Made by a program: the position numbers and the translations under genes
The notes under the pieces: generated by a model
The model's input: the letters and a program-made list of their open reading frames with translations, nothing else
Databases searched by the model: none
Told to the model about the DNA's origin: nothing
Assembly (NCBI RefSeq): GCF_006345805.1
Contig: NC_043014.1
Span: forward strand, 42,284,001 to 42,348,000
Length of the DNA: 64,000 bases
Source of the DNA: Octopus sinensis
Lineage: Eukaryota
Reading direction: 5' to 3'
Shown: piece after piece, positions 25,223 to 38,592 of the stretch
Numbering within the stretch: position 1 is the stretch's first letter
How the letters are laid out: each line of letters opens with the position of its first letter

Positions 25223-25954
25223 TAACCCTAAACGAGATTGAAATGCAATAGATCGATTCTAGGGTCATAATTATGGGTGACAATTTCATATGACACCGCT
25301 AGAAAAAACTATCGTTCAAACCGAAAAGATCCCATTTTTGAATACATAAAAAATGTTGTGTTCGCTTTTCATTTATTTCTGGAAGTGTGAGTATTTTCGT
25401 CACACCACTGTGACCTGGTTGCTGGCACAGTTCCAATACAGCTCTTGTTGTGGATTTGTGACTGTTATCAGATCCCAGTTGTACAAGCTGGAAGGAAATA
25501 AGTGATAAGTAAATGTAATGGGTTTTTTTTTTTCTTAGTGTTTTTAGATTACTAAAATAATTCTTTCACGACGTAGCTAAATGCAAAAACACATATGAAG
25601 TGTAAGCACAGAACCTACATTTATTACACCATCGTATATTTAGCTTTTTGTTACCAATAGAAAGGACAGGTGTTACCTTTTGCTAAATATATTTCAGATC
25701 TCGACAAAATACATTGATGCTTATACTGACACAATTTTAAATCGGTTTTTAAACGTACAAGAAACAAAATACTTATAACATGTAAAATGGCCGCTGAGAA
25801 AAAAAATATGAAACATCAGTATGTGGGCGAGCTTTCTTATCAAACGATAATGTGATTATATAAACGATTTTTTTACTTTTATATTATAAGGTCACAAACG
25901 ACTAGAGTTTTACAACCACAACGCAACAAAGCTAATTATACGGAATAAGGTCTT

Positions 25955-27490
25955 AGTCTCTATATTCCAGTTTTATCACAGCGACATATTTTTGTGTGAC
26001 ACCGGTTTTAATAAATAAACAATTTTCAATGTTTTCCTGCAATTATTAAAATATCTTCTTTGCAAAACTCAAGCAAAAATGTTATAAAATAATGATTTTA
26101 AAATCGAATAAAAACTGAAATAGTCTATATGTACGGGAATGGTTAATATGTCTCAGTACTATTTATATATTATCTAAAGATTTATATATTTCATACAATA
26201 CACTTTAAACGTTCCCTGCAGTGTTTCTATTTCTCAATTTTTAACCTATTTTCCCGAAGTTGGCACACTCAGGTCGTATATATTGACGTATGAAACCCCA
26301 AGGTCCTGTCTCTTATTCCCGTACATATAGACTATTTCAGTTTCTTATTCCAGTTTTATCACAGCGACATATTTTTGTGTGACACCGGTTTTAATAAATA
26401 AACAAATCTCAATGTTTTCTTGCAATTATTAAAATATCTTCTTAGCAAAACACAAGCAAAAATGTTATAAAATAATGGTTTTAAAATGGAATAAAAACTG
26501 AAATAGTCTATATGTACTGGAATGGTTAATATGTCTCAGTACTATTTATATATTATCTAAAGATTTATATATCTCATACAATACACTTTAAACGTTCCCT
26601 GCAGTGTTTCTATTTCTCAATTTTTAACCTATTTTCCCGAAGTTGGCACACTCAGGTCGTATATATTGATGTATGAAACCCCAAGGTCTTGTCTCTTATT
26701 CCCGTACAGAAAAAACTATTTCAGTTTCTTATTCCAGTTTTATTACAGCGACATATTTTTGTGTGACACCGGTTTTAATAAATAAACAATTCTCAGTGTT
26801 TTCCTGCAATTATTAAAATATCTTCTTTGCAAAACAAAAGCAAAATGTTATAAAATAATGATTTTAGGCGATCTTTCGTCTCTAGTAGACCTTTCCGTTG
26901 ATTTCCGTAAAAATATTATTTTTTACATATGGGCTTGCGGGGACTTTTGAAGTAATATACATACATATACACATACACCGAGTAAAAAATTTCAGTTATC
27001 TCTTTCTTTCACACATTACTCTGTCTCTTCACACACACTAACAGAAGCACTTCATTTACACAACATACTGTCTGTCTCACACACCCCATCAAACACACAC
27101 ACACACACACACACATGTACATCAATGCTTCCCATGCACGGTAACTTCAAAAGAACTTCCCTCGTCATACAATCGCTTTCTCTTAGTCTCTTTCGCTCTC
27201 ATTACTTCAAAAGTTCCCGCAAGCCCATATGTAAAAGAAAAAAATTTTTTTACGGAAATCGACGGAAAGGTCTACTAGAGACGAAAGATTGCCTGATTTT
27301 AAAATGGAATAAAAACTGAAATAGTCTAACTGAAATATGTCTCAGTACTATTTATATATTATCTAAAGATTTATATATCTCATACAATACACTTTAAACG
27401 TTCCCTGCAGTGTTTCTATTTCTCAATTTTTAACCTATTTTCCCGAAGTTGGCACACTCAGGTCGTATATGTTGATGTATGAAACCCCCT
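25955..27490. repeat. ~384-bp tandem repeat, about 3 units, third unit interrupted by a MITE
   Basis: TTCCAGTTTTAT at 25965, 26348 and 26732. Confidence 0.9.
26867..27293. mobile_element. MITE with ~95-bp TIRs, GG ends, 8-bp TSD TGATTTTA (Merlin-like)
   Basis: GGCGATCTTTCGTCTCTAGTAGACC...GGTCTACTAGAGACGAAAGATTGCC. TSD at 26859-26866 and 27294-27301; neighbouring repeat units show the empty site. Confidence 0.9.
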
Positions 27491-27780
27491 TGATAATTTT
27501 CCTTTCGGAGTTTATTTTCGTCGTGCCAAATAATACGAGGTGGCGTGCGCTGAGGGTAGAGGTGATGTCAAGACCAACAGCTCGTGTTTGGCGATCAGGT
27601 TGCAAACTGCGTGTGATTTGAAAGACTGTTTGTTCACTTTCGTTTGGATAGACAGATAATACTAGAGGGGAAATATTGTAAACAACACACAACATACAGG
27701 CTCATCTTCCTGCTCCTATAAATCTGAGATAAGGGTCGTAAATCACTTCCTAGTTTCGGCGGGGTAGGTTGAAATTTGAT

Positions 27781-28228
27781 ATTGTTGTGACGAGTGGTCA
27801 GTCTACATCTATCCATCACTTACAGGTTTATAGCTTCGTATTTCGTCTGCCGTTACGTTCTGAGTTCAAATTCCGCCGAGGTCGACTTTGCCTTTCATCC
27901 TTTCGGGGTCGATTAAAATAAGTACCAGTTACGCACTGGGGTCGATGTAATTGACTTAATCCCTTTGTCTGTCCTTGTTTGTCCTCTCTGTGTTTAGCCC
28001 CTTATGGGTAGTAAAGAAATAGGTTTATAGCTTTAAGTTTATAGTGTGTATGTGCGTGCATATACACATACATACATGCATACATACATACACACAGGCG
28101 TACGTACGTACGCCTGCGTGTATGTATGTATGTATGCATGTGTGTATATGCACGCACATACACTATAAACTTAAAGCTATAAACCTGTAGTGATGGATAG
28201 ATGTAGACTGACCACTCATCACAACAAT
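27781..28228. repeat. Palindrome (~125-bp arms, centre 28105/28106) with SINE-B inserted in the left arm
   Basis: 27781-27823 plus 28021-28105 is the reverse complement of 28106-28228. Confidence 0.85.
27837..28020 (+). mobile_element. 5'-truncated SINE-B, 13-bp TSD AGGTTTATAGCTT
   Basis: TSD at 27824-27836 and 28021-28033. Confidence 0.9.
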
Positions 28229-29139
28229 AGGCGTACGTACATACATACATACATACATGCATGCATACATGCGTGTATACATACATACATACACACATAC
28301 ATACGTACATATATATATGACGAACTAACTGTTACTTTCTGAGATGCAGCACGGATTTTTGTGAGTGAACAGGTCGCGGTCTTATAGCGACGAAAATATT
28401 TTGACAAATTAAACTTAAATGTTGAAGTGAATCGAACGGCTTTTGTGTGTTTCTTAAATGGCTTACAAACACCTTTCACGCTGCAATTATTTATATATAT
28501 ATAATAATAATAATAATAATAAAAAGGAGCGAGTAAGGGAAATAGTAATTAATCACACATTTATACATGTAAGACACACACACACATATTATATGTGCAT
28601 GTATTTGTAAAAGTGGAAGTAGCAGGAAATTTGAACTCAGTACTACAGTTTATATGCTTTTAATTAACAGAAACGTGACTCAAGGGCCGAGTGTTTCGTG
28701 TGTTACACGAGAGAGATACAAAGAGAGAGAATATGGGAGGGAAGAAAAAGATTTAAGAGGAAGTAACCCGTAATTTTGGCTCCGAAATAGAGATTTCAAA
28801 ATTATAAAAGATAACGTCTGATTTCTTCTGCACATGCGTGGATTCGTACATATGTAATGAATAAACAAGGTGCGCGCGGACGTGCTACAATATGTATTCT
28901 TTAAAGGTGCTCGTTCCGTCTTTTTAAAGGGTTTGTTTGAAAAAACGTGACTGTCCCACCGTCCATCATTTTAAAGCGTTCTGACCATGCCCGTCCTGTC
29001 ACTTTTTAAAAATCGTTGCAACCATGAACATCATCCACGCACGCGCAATTGAATCAAACCTTTTCTTTCTAATATAGAAGTTTCAATTTGTGTGCATTCA
29101 GCGTAGCAACATCTCTCTCTCTCTCTCTCTTTCTCTGTC

Positions 29140-29170
<31 letters not shown>

Positions 29171-29283
29171 ATATATATATCATATATAATATATATATAA
29201 TATATATATATGATATATATATATATAATGATATGATATATATATATATATATATATATGATATATATATAATATATATGATA

Positions 29284-29332
<49 letters not shown>

Positions 29333-29336
29333 ATGA

Positions 29337-29368
<32 letters not shown>

Positions 29369-29524
29369 TATAGCAAAAATTTAGATTTTCAAATGAACAT
29401 GGTACTTAATTTAGATGCACCAGAATTTGTTTGTTGTTATCCATAAAAATCCGTGGTGGGTGATTATATATATATATATAATATTAGGGAGTTTGATTTG
29501 CCTAATAGTGATTTTATCTTAATT

Positions 29525-29567
<43 letters not shown>

Positions 29568-30120
29568 ATATATATTATATATATTATATATATATATATA
29601 TGTATGTATATATGGGGCTCTATATCAATAATATCTACATCAATGTGCACATGTTCACACACAGACATAAGTCTGTGTGTGAACGTGGTAATTCTAGGGG
29701 TATACTGTGCTAATCAATAATTCCTAATAATACAACGGTGCAGGGTCAGAAAAAGAAAAACCGCTGGATTTAAAAGCCTTTCAGTGTTAATTCTAAATTC
29801 AAATACCGCGGTGTTGACTGCATTCAATTGTCTCGTAATAATCGATGTCCTTTAGTCACAGGTTATTATCGATCAAGCGATTGAATTTGTCACGAAAATC
29901 CCAGTTACAAACCTCTTATATTTTAATTATCCTAGGGCTACAATATCCACCTTGTCCTTCCTTTAAGTTATATATTTTTTAAAGACGCTAGTATGTGATT
30001 AGGTTACTATTTCTAGCAGGTCATATGGGGCAAGAAGCATCCGAATCGGCTTATCTACTACTACCAGTTATGTCCTAAGGTCGATTCTATTGACTATATC
30101 TCACCCCTTTCATTTTGTAT

Positions 30121-30535
30121 ACTCTTTTACTCTTTTACTTGTTTCAGTCATTTGACTGCGGCCATGCTGGAGCACCGCCTTCAATTGAGCAACTCGACCC
30201 CGGGACCCACTCTTTTGTAAGCCCAGTACTTATTCTATCGGTATCCCTTGCTGAACCGCTAAGTAACGGGGACATAAACACACCAGCACCGGTTGTCAAG
30301 CAATGCTAGAGGGACAAACACAGACACACAAACACACACATGCATATATATATATATATATACATATATACGACGGGCTTCTTTTCAGTTTCCGTCTACC
30401 AAATCCACTCACAAGGCTTTGGTCGGCCCGAGACTATAGTAGAAGACACTTGCCCAAGGTGCCACGCAGTGGGACTGAACCCGGAACCATGTGGTTGGTA
30501 AACAAGCTACTTACCACACAGCCACTCCTGCGCCT
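30121..30535 (-). mobile_element. SINE-A
   Basis: Full family structure. Confidence 0.9.
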
Positions 30536-31064
30536 ATCTTTGTTCAAATGTAAGAAATAAAATTTCGTAACTAGTATTATAATTAAATATATCAAAATCC
30601 TCGACATAAAATAACAAGTAGAAAGCAACAATAGCTACTAAAAATATAATTAGATTTTTTTTTTTAAATTAAATAAAATTAGATTTTCATTGGAAAATTT
30701 CACAATGAATATTAAACAGAAATTATATATTTCCTGACGAATTTTGCTGACAGTAATTGAATTACAAGACAGGAGGTAGATTTCCAGGTATCTTCACGTA
30801 CTTCGTTAAGAAATGACACTTAATAAAAATTGGATTGATTAGTCTTGGCTTTCACTTCAATTTCAGTTTACATATTATCTTGTAACGTAGAATCCATAAT
30901 AGCTTCGCTTTATACTCCATCTCTCAATGTGTGTGCGTGAAGGTATATGCATATATACATACATACATACATATATATACATGCTTTATGCACGTACTTA
31001 ATACACATATGTAACCCCCCTCTCTCTCTTTCTTTCTTTCTTTCTCTCTCTTTCTTTCTTTCTT

Positions 31065-31097
<33 letters not shown>

Positions 31098-31121
31098 GTG
31101 TGTGTGTGTATAGACACACAT

Positions 31122-31167
<46 letters not shown>

Positions 31168-31240
31168 ATGTGACCCTGTGTGTACCGTTGGCGATTTATT
31201 TTCCTCTGTCTTCCCTTCTCTGGATCTTTCCTTCTCCTAT

Positions 31241-31275
31241 GTTTCCGACGAAGAGCTCCGCTCGAAACGTTAAAC
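31241..31275 (+). ncRNA. Minimal hammerhead-like motif (U4C core) within a ~200-nt PLE-type element (about 31180-31378)
   Basis: GTTT CCGACGA A GAGC-TCC-GCTC GAAAC GTT AAAC. Confidence 0.55.
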
Positions 31276-31437
31276 CTTCCTTCTTTCCTTCTTTCTTGAG
31301 CGTCCAATAATACCATATTTGTTCCACGTCCTTGCGTTGTTGTGGGTTTTTTGTGCTTTCTTGTTTGGATTAACTATATATATATATATATATATAGTTA
31401 TGTGTGTGTATACATGTATATGTGGACAGACAGAGAG

Positions 31438-31525
<88 letters not shown>

Positions 31526-31931
31526 CAGACAAATGTGGGTGGGTATGCATATATATGTATGTGTGTATGAATGTATGTGAGTGTGCACATGTATTTGCAA
31601 AACAGCTTTTCTTTCAGAGACTATAGAAAACAAAATTTTGTCCTAGTTTTATACTATTTATCAAGTTCATTTTTCCTTTTGATATCTATATAACTTCCTT
31701 GTAGTTTATTTTGAATTGTAAAATACTTAAATGCATCGTCCAATGTTTCTACGAAAATGCACATTGCAAATAAAAAAAAGGCTTTTTATGACAGGTAACG
31801 ACAAATATATACATTTAGATGGACTGAGGTAGTAATAAAAGTCATAAAAGACATTATTATGAGATGATTATAAGATGATAATAAAGTCAGAAAACAAAGC
31901 GAACCATGGTTTCCGCAAAAAGCTATTCATC

Positions 31932-31965
<34 letters not shown>

Positions 31966-32234
31966 GTATGTATGCATATATATATATATTTTTGTGTCTG
32001 TCCCCCTCCACCATCACTTGACAACCGATGCTGGTGTGTCTACATTCATGTAACTTAGCAGTTTGGCAAAAGGGATCAATAAATAAGTACTAAGGTTACA
32101 AAGAATAAGTCCTGGAGTTGATTCGTTTGACTAAAGGCAGTGCTCCAACATGGCCACAATCAAATGGCTGAAACAAGTAAAAGAGAAGATATGTATGTAT
32201 GCAAATATATATATATATATATGTATGTATGCAA

Positions 32235-32269
<35 letters not shown>

Positions 32270-32925
32270 CATAACAAGTTATATGCTTTTTATTCACTGT
32301 CATATCAAGGAGATAGTATAGAGATTGTCAGGGAAAAAATTGGAAAGGGAGAGAGAGAGAGAGAGAGAGAGAAAGGGGCATGTAAAATGAAAGTGAGTGG
32401 AAGGATGAGGTGTTTATCACACTGCCCTGACAGGTAAACTGGGAAAGAATGGATCTGTGGGGAATGACAATGAGAGCGAGTTGGAACAAGAGGTTAGCTT
32501 TATATTGCTTTAAGCAAATCTCCATTTACTGGAAAGTAAAATGGAGAATTAAATATGAAACAGAAATGGTAGAATTATAAAATGTACTCAGCTTCTGTTT
32601 ATAAGCCGCTACATGCTGCAGTTTTTGTATATGTGTTACTACGAAAACATATTCATTTAATGCAAAAAATTTTTTAAAAAATAAATTCCATAATAGAAAA
32701 TATCACAAAAGCGTTTCAGCTATAAACATTCAGTGAAGCAAAATTTTACTTTCATTTCAATAAACACGATAATAAAAAAACATTCCTATATAAAATATAA
32801 AACAAAAACAAAAGAGGAAAGACTTTTATATAATTGGTAAATGTGTTCCATGACTTTAACATTATATTAAATTATATATATTGCATAAATATACATATAT
32901 GCATATATTTATATATATATATATA

Positions 32926-33322
32926 CTAGCAGTATCGCCCGGCGTTGCTCGGGTTTGTAAGGGAATTAACTATATAAGCATTTTTAGAGAGTTATAACCA
33001 AAAAATAGCAAAAAAATGCATTAAAAATGGAAAAAGATTATGGTAAATTTTTTTTTAAATCGTTGACTCATCGTAGATATTTTTAGAGAGTTACTTCCCT
33101 TATATAATAGCGAAAAAATGCATTAAAATGGAAAAAAATGATGGTAAATTTTTTTTTAAAGCGTAGACTCATCGTAGACGCGCGCTAATACCCAGAAGGG
33201 CTCGATATTAATCACGACTATAAGATACCCGGTTTTGGTTAAACTGCACCGCAAAATGTGAGAGTAGTTAGGAATCTAAATCGTAGGAGACAGACACACA
33301 ACTTCACTTTTATATATAAAGA
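32926..33322 (-). mobile_element. Non-autonomous Helitron (copy A)
   Basis: CTAG end at 32926 with hairpin CCCGAGCAACGCCGGG; TC start at 33322. Confidence 0.88.
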
Positions 33323-33999
33323 CTAGCAGTATCGCCCGGCGTTGCTCGGGTTTGTAAGGGAAATAACTATATAAGCATTTTTAGAGAGTTATAGCAAAAA
33401 AATAGCCAAAAAAAAATGCATTAAAAATGAATAAAAAAATGATGGTAATTTTTTTAAATCGTTGACTCATTGTAGACATTTTTAGAGAGTTACTTCCCTT
33501 ATATAATAGCGAAAAAAATGCATTATTAAAATGGAAAAAATGATGGTAAATTTTTTTTAAATCGTAGACTCATGTAGACGCCTTCTTAGCCATTTCTGTT
33601 TTGGTGTCTTCAAGCCATGAAGTCGTTGTTCTAAAAGAACGCTGGTCTCCTTGACAACGCTTTACGTCGTTGATTTCCTTACACTCCCTTCCCCACAGCT
33701 TCACGTGGGAGGGAAGAAGGGGGAGAAGCAAACAGGTGCAGCTGTGAGCGTGGACGCCAACTCCGCCCCCATCGACACACGAAAAATTATGCATTAAAAT
33801 GGAATGAAAAATGATGTTAAATTATTTTTAAAATCATAGACTCATCGTAGATGCGCGCTAATAGCCAGATGGGCTTGATATTAATCACGACTATAAGATA
33901 CCCGAATTTGGTTAAACTGCACCGCAAAATGTGGGAGTAGTTAGGAATCTAAATCGAAGGGGACAGACACTCACACAACTACAGTTTTATATATATAGA
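33323..33999 (-). mobile_element. Non-autonomous Helitron (copy B, with ~200-bp extra internal segment), fused head-to-tail to copy A
   Basis: A|TC at 33999; CTAG directly joined to the TC of copy A. Confidence 0.88.
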
Positions 34000-34020
34000 T
34001 ATACATATATATATATACAC

Positions 34021-34054
<34 letters not shown>

Positions 34055-34060
<6 letters not shown>

Positions 34061-34222
34061 TCCCAAAAAGATGATGAACAAGCACAAAAAAAAACAAATG
34101 CGAGATCTGGTACATGTAAAGTATTAGCAGACACTCAGGAAAGGAAAGAAAGATGGTTTAACGTTTCGAGCAATGCTTTTCTTCAAAGTCCAATAGAAAG
34201 AAAGACAGAGGAAGAAAAGAAA
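34055..34222 (-). mobile_element. Decayed PLE-type element (31.2-kb subfamily) with degenerate hammerhead motif
   Basis: Minus strand ...AAGC-ATT-GCTC GAAAC GTT AAAC; flanked by (TA)n. Confidence 0.6.
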
Positions 34223-34242
34223 TATATATATATATATATATT

Positions 34243-34648
34243 AGGCGCAGGAGTGGCTGTGTGGTAAGTAGCTTGCTTACCAACCACATGGTTTCGGGTT
34301 CAGTCCCACTGCGTGGCACCTTGGGCAAGTGTCTTCTACTATAGCCTCGGGCCGACCAAAGCCTTGTGAGTGGATTTGGTAGATGGAAACTGAAAGAAGC
34401 ACGTTGTATATATGTATATATATATATATGTGTGTATGTGCATGTTTGTGTGTCTGTGTTTGTCCCCCCAACATTGCTTGACAACCGATGCTGGTGTGTT
34501 TACGTCCCCGTAACCTAGCGGTTAGGCAAAAAGAGACCGATAGAATAAGTACTAGGCTTACAAAGAATAAGTCCTGGGGTCGATTTGATTGACTAAAGGC
34601 GGTACTCCAGCATGGCCACAGTCACATGACTGAAACAAGTAAAAGAGT
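34243..34648 (+). mobile_element. SINE-A
   Basis: Full family structure. Confidence 0.9.
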
Positions 34649-34867
34649 ATATAAACTTACTTGGAAATGGTTTGTGGCATTCATCATATAATATTATAAA
34701 TAATATATATATAATATATATATATATATATTATATATATATATGTGCATATATACATATATGTATATACTTACATATATATGTAAGTATATATGTAAGA
34801 TATCTATTGCCATGATAGATCATTAGCCACAACACACATTTTTTTCTCTCCTTGTTTTTTCTGTGTC

Positions 34868-34905
34868 CCTTTCTGTAGAAGAGCATAGGCTCGAAATGTA
34901 AAAGA
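34868..34905 (+). ncRNA. Minimal hammerhead-like motif (A6U core) within PLE-type element about 34800-34998
   Basis: CCTTT CTGTAGA A GAGC-ATAG-GCTC GAAAT GTA AAAGA. Confidence 0.5.
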
Positions 34906-34992
34906 CTTTTTTCTGTTCCTGAGCATTATACTAATACATCAGTTTGTTTTGTACACCACCTGTCTTCGTCTTTTGTTTTTTTCGTAAACTCT

Positions 34993-35029
<37 letters not shown>

Positions 35030-35204
35030 TATATGGGTATAGGACATCACAAAATGTAAACAACATGAAATATGAAAACATGAAATACGAAGGCAAACTT
35101 GGGTATGCGAACGAGAGAAACAAATAGAAAACAAGACAAGTAACATAAAGAACGACCCTTCATCATTTATCAGCTGTTTATCTACTCCACATTTTGAGCA
35201 ATTA

Positions 35205-35570
35205 ATGACAATATGGGCACCACTGCATAGTGCCAAGGACTCCATTTGCCATCAAGATTGTAGGACAAGATACTGTGATAGCTGGGCTTCAGAGGTCCAC
35301 AGCTCTTCAATATCCTCCCGAAGGACCTGAGAGACCGCATGGGTGGATGCAGATGTCTTTAAAATAAAACTGGATCTCTCATGTTCAGGGTTTGTCCCAG
35401 ATGAACCAACTTCACGGCAGGAGGTGCAGATGAGGGCAGCTGCATCAAACTCTCTCATGCACCAAATGGCAATTGCTAAAAAGCATTCGTGAAGTAAAAT
35501 CATGTAGCAACACCGAATGGCGGTGCCCCAGCATGGCCACAGCTCGCGAGCTGAAACTTGATAAAATATA
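35205..35570 (+). pseudogene. CR1-clade LINE 3' end whose tail matches the SINE-A tail
   Basis: Hand translation with frameshifts: RGPQLFNILPKDLRD...DVFKIKLD...VPDEPT. Tail GGCGGTGCCCCAGCATGGCCACAG...CTGAAAC. Confidence 0.75.
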
Positions 35571-35789
35571 AAAAAAAAATATGAGGCTTCAAAAAGCAGT
35601 TCCTCCCACGAACCAAAATATAACTTGGGGTTTGTAGAGGGTCAAAGTTGGTAACAAAAACAGGATGGTGGAGACATACAACAAACCAAACGAAAATAAA
35701 CATGGAGGACCGTTAGGGCAGACGCTGGAGGGATATTCTTTGGCAAGAGGAAAGATAGGAGAGGAGACAGATAAGAATGCGTTTGATAT

Positions 35790-36234
35790 ACTCTTTTACT
35801 TGTTTCAGTCATTTGACTGCGGCCATGCTGGAGCACCGCCTTTAGTCGAGCAAATCGACCCCGGGACTTATTCTTTGTAAGCCCAATACTTATTCTATCG
35901 GTCTTTATTGCCGAACCGCTAAGTGACAGTGATGTAAACACACCAGCATCGGTTGTCAAGCAATGCTAGGCGGACAAACACAGACACACACATATACATA
36001 TATATACATATATATGATGAACTTCTTTCAGTTTCCGTCTACCAAATTCACTCACAAGGCTTTGGTCGGCTCGAGGCTATAGTAGAAGACACTTGCCCAA
36101 GGTGTCACGCATGGGACTGAACCCGGAACCATGTGGTTGGTAAGCCTTGTGAGTGGATTTGGTATGCAGAAACTGAAAGAAACCTGTCGTATATATGTAT
36201 ATGTATATATATATACATACATACATACCATATA

Positions 36235-36276
<42 letters not shown>

Positions 36277-36737
36277 ATATATATATATAAAGGAAAAGTT
36301 TACGAAAATAGACAAAAGACGAAGGCAGCTGGAGTACAACAAACAAATGTATTAGTATAATGCTCAGGAATAAAAAAAGTCTTTTACGTTTCGAGCCAAC
36401 GCTCTTCGACAGAAAGATACACAGAAAAAAACAAGGAGAAAAGAAAAGGAGAGAAAAAAATGCGTGTAGTAGCTAATGATCTATCATGGCGATATATATA
36501 TGTATATATATATATATATTTATATGTGTGTGTGTGTGTGTTTGTTCCCCCAACATCTCTTGACAACCAATGCTGGTGTGTTTACATCCCTGTAACTTAA
36601 CAGTTCGGCAAAAGAAACCGATAGAATAAGTACTGGGCTTCCAAAGAGTAAGTCTTGGGGTTGATTTGCTCGACTAAAGGCGTTGCTCCAGCATGGCCGC
36701 AGTCAAATGACTGAAACAAGTAAAAGAGTAAAAGAGA
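35790..36737. mobile_element. Inverted SINE-A pair (minus about 35790-36145, plus about 36142-36737); PLE-type element about 36290-36492 inserted in the linker of the plus copy
   Basis: Orientation flips at ...GGTTGGT-AAGC-CTTGTGAGTGG. Confidence 0.75.
36380..36417 (-). ncRNA. Minimal hammerhead-like motif (A6U core)
   Basis: TCTTT CTGTCGA A GAGC-GTTG-GCTC GAAAC GTA AAAGA: 5-bp stem I, palindromic ACGT stem III. Confidence 0.6.
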
Positions 36738-37124
36738 CTGAGTTATTTACTAGAGTTCCAATAGATACCAAATACACATTTTAACATCATTTTTGTCTTC
36801 TCCATTTCTGTGTTCACATTTCACTTAATTAATTAATTTTGCTATGGTTTGTAAATAACTATGGAGGTCTGTTTGTAATTAATTTTGCTATGGTTTGTAA
36901 ATAATTATGGAGTCTGTTTGTAATTTCAAAAATATACTATCATTATTTTTAATTAAAATTTCACAACAGTGACCAAACTGTTCAGTGGACCAGTTGAAAA
37001 AAAAAAATGTAAGTAAAAGCTAAAGTTTCTGTGCTTATATACAATGGTGTGATATTACTTACAGCAAGCAGCATGTAGTATTACATTTAAAAATTGTTGA
37101 CCTCAGACTGAATTATAATATTTT

Positions 37125-37885
37125 AGTCGACAGAGTGTAAGTACCTTGAGAGAAAAATTGGACCTAAGAAGCATTAGTTGTGGTGTGCAAGAGAGACGTT
37201 TGCGCTGGTATGGGCATGTGTCGAGAACGGATGAAGATAGTTGTGTGAAAAAGTGCCACACCATAGCGGTTGGGGGAACCTGTGGAAGAGGTAGACCCAG
37301 GAAAACCTGGGACGAGGTGGTGAAGCAGGACCTTCGAACATTAGGTCTCACCGAGGAAATGACCAGAGACCGAGACCTTTGGAAGTATGCTGTGCGTGGG
37401 AAGACCCGACAGGACAAGTGAGACCAGAAACCATGGCCTCTACCTGGGACGTAGCCAGCCCACTTATGCATATCTTTCCTTCTTGTGACACAAACCCTAC
37501 TTGTGAAGACCTGTTGAGGCAAGTGAAAATCAAAATCAAAATCAAAATCGATCAACATCAATGGAAATTGTAGCTGTGATACCAGTGCCGGTGGCACATA
37601 AGAGAACCATCCAAACGTAGCCGTTGCCAGTGCCACCCCGACTGGCCTCTGTGCCAGTGGCACATAAAAAGCACCATCCGATCGTGGCCGTTTGCCAGCC
37701 TCGTCTGGCACCTGTGCAAGTGGCACGTAAAAAGCACCCACTACACTCACGGAGTGGTTGGCATTAGGAAGGGCATCCAGCCATAGAAACAGTGTCAGAT
37801 CAGACTGGGCCTGGCGCAGCCTTCTGGCTTCCCAGACCCCCGTTGAACCGTCCAACCCATGATAGCATGGAAAACGGACGTTAAA
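37125..37885 (+). pseudogene. 5'-truncated RTE-clade LINE: ORF2 C-terminus plus full 3'UTR, source type of the RTE-tail family
   Basis: ORF 37146-37421 RRLRWYGHVSR...GRGRPRKTWDEVVKQDL...DRDLWK; UTR ends in (GAT)n. Confidence 0.9.
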
Positions 37886-38183
37886 TGATGATGAGTGTGG
37901 CGAGCTGGTGGAATCGTTAGCAAGCCGGGCAAAATCCTTGTGGTATTTCAACTGCTGGAAACCTCTAGCTGGATCTCTGAACATTCGGCAACCCTTAGGT
38001 GATGGCCATTTCAGCAAAGAACTTGTAAGTAACTGTGCTGTCCGTGTCCTCCAGTGGTAACAAAGCAGGTCTATTTAGAGACACAGCAGTGCTTTCCCCA
38101 ACAGGAGGAGCAAGAAAAGGGGCCTCCAAACATTGCTTACTCACCTTAACCTGGAAGTCCACTGCAGCAGAATTGTGGATACC

Positions 38184-38396
38184 CTCTTTCACTTTTCTCT
38201 CTTTTACTTGTTTCAGTCATTTGACTGTGGCCATGCTGGAGCACCGCCTTTTTAATTGAGCAAATCGACCCCAGGTCTTATTCTTTGTAAACCTAGTACT
38301 TATTCTATCGGTCTCTTTTTGCCAAACCGCTAAGTAACGGGGACGTAAACATACCAGCATCGGTTGTCAAGCGATGTTGGGGGGACAAACACACAC

Positions 38397-38428
<32 letters not shown>

Positions 38429-38592
38429 CCGACAGGCTTCTTTCAGTTTCCGTCTACCAAATCCACTCACAAGGCTTTGGTCAGCCCGAGGCTATAGTAG
38501 AAGACACTTTCCCAAGGTGCCACACAGTGGGACTGAACCCGGAACCGTGTGGTTGGTAAGCAGGCTACTTACCACACAGCCACTCCTGCGCC
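38184..38592 (-). mobile_element. SINE-A
   Basis: Full family structure. Confidence 0.9.

Noticed and set aside
25380-25500. Possible exon behind a polypyrimidine tract
   Set aside because: No recognisable protein in any frame and no convincing splice donor.
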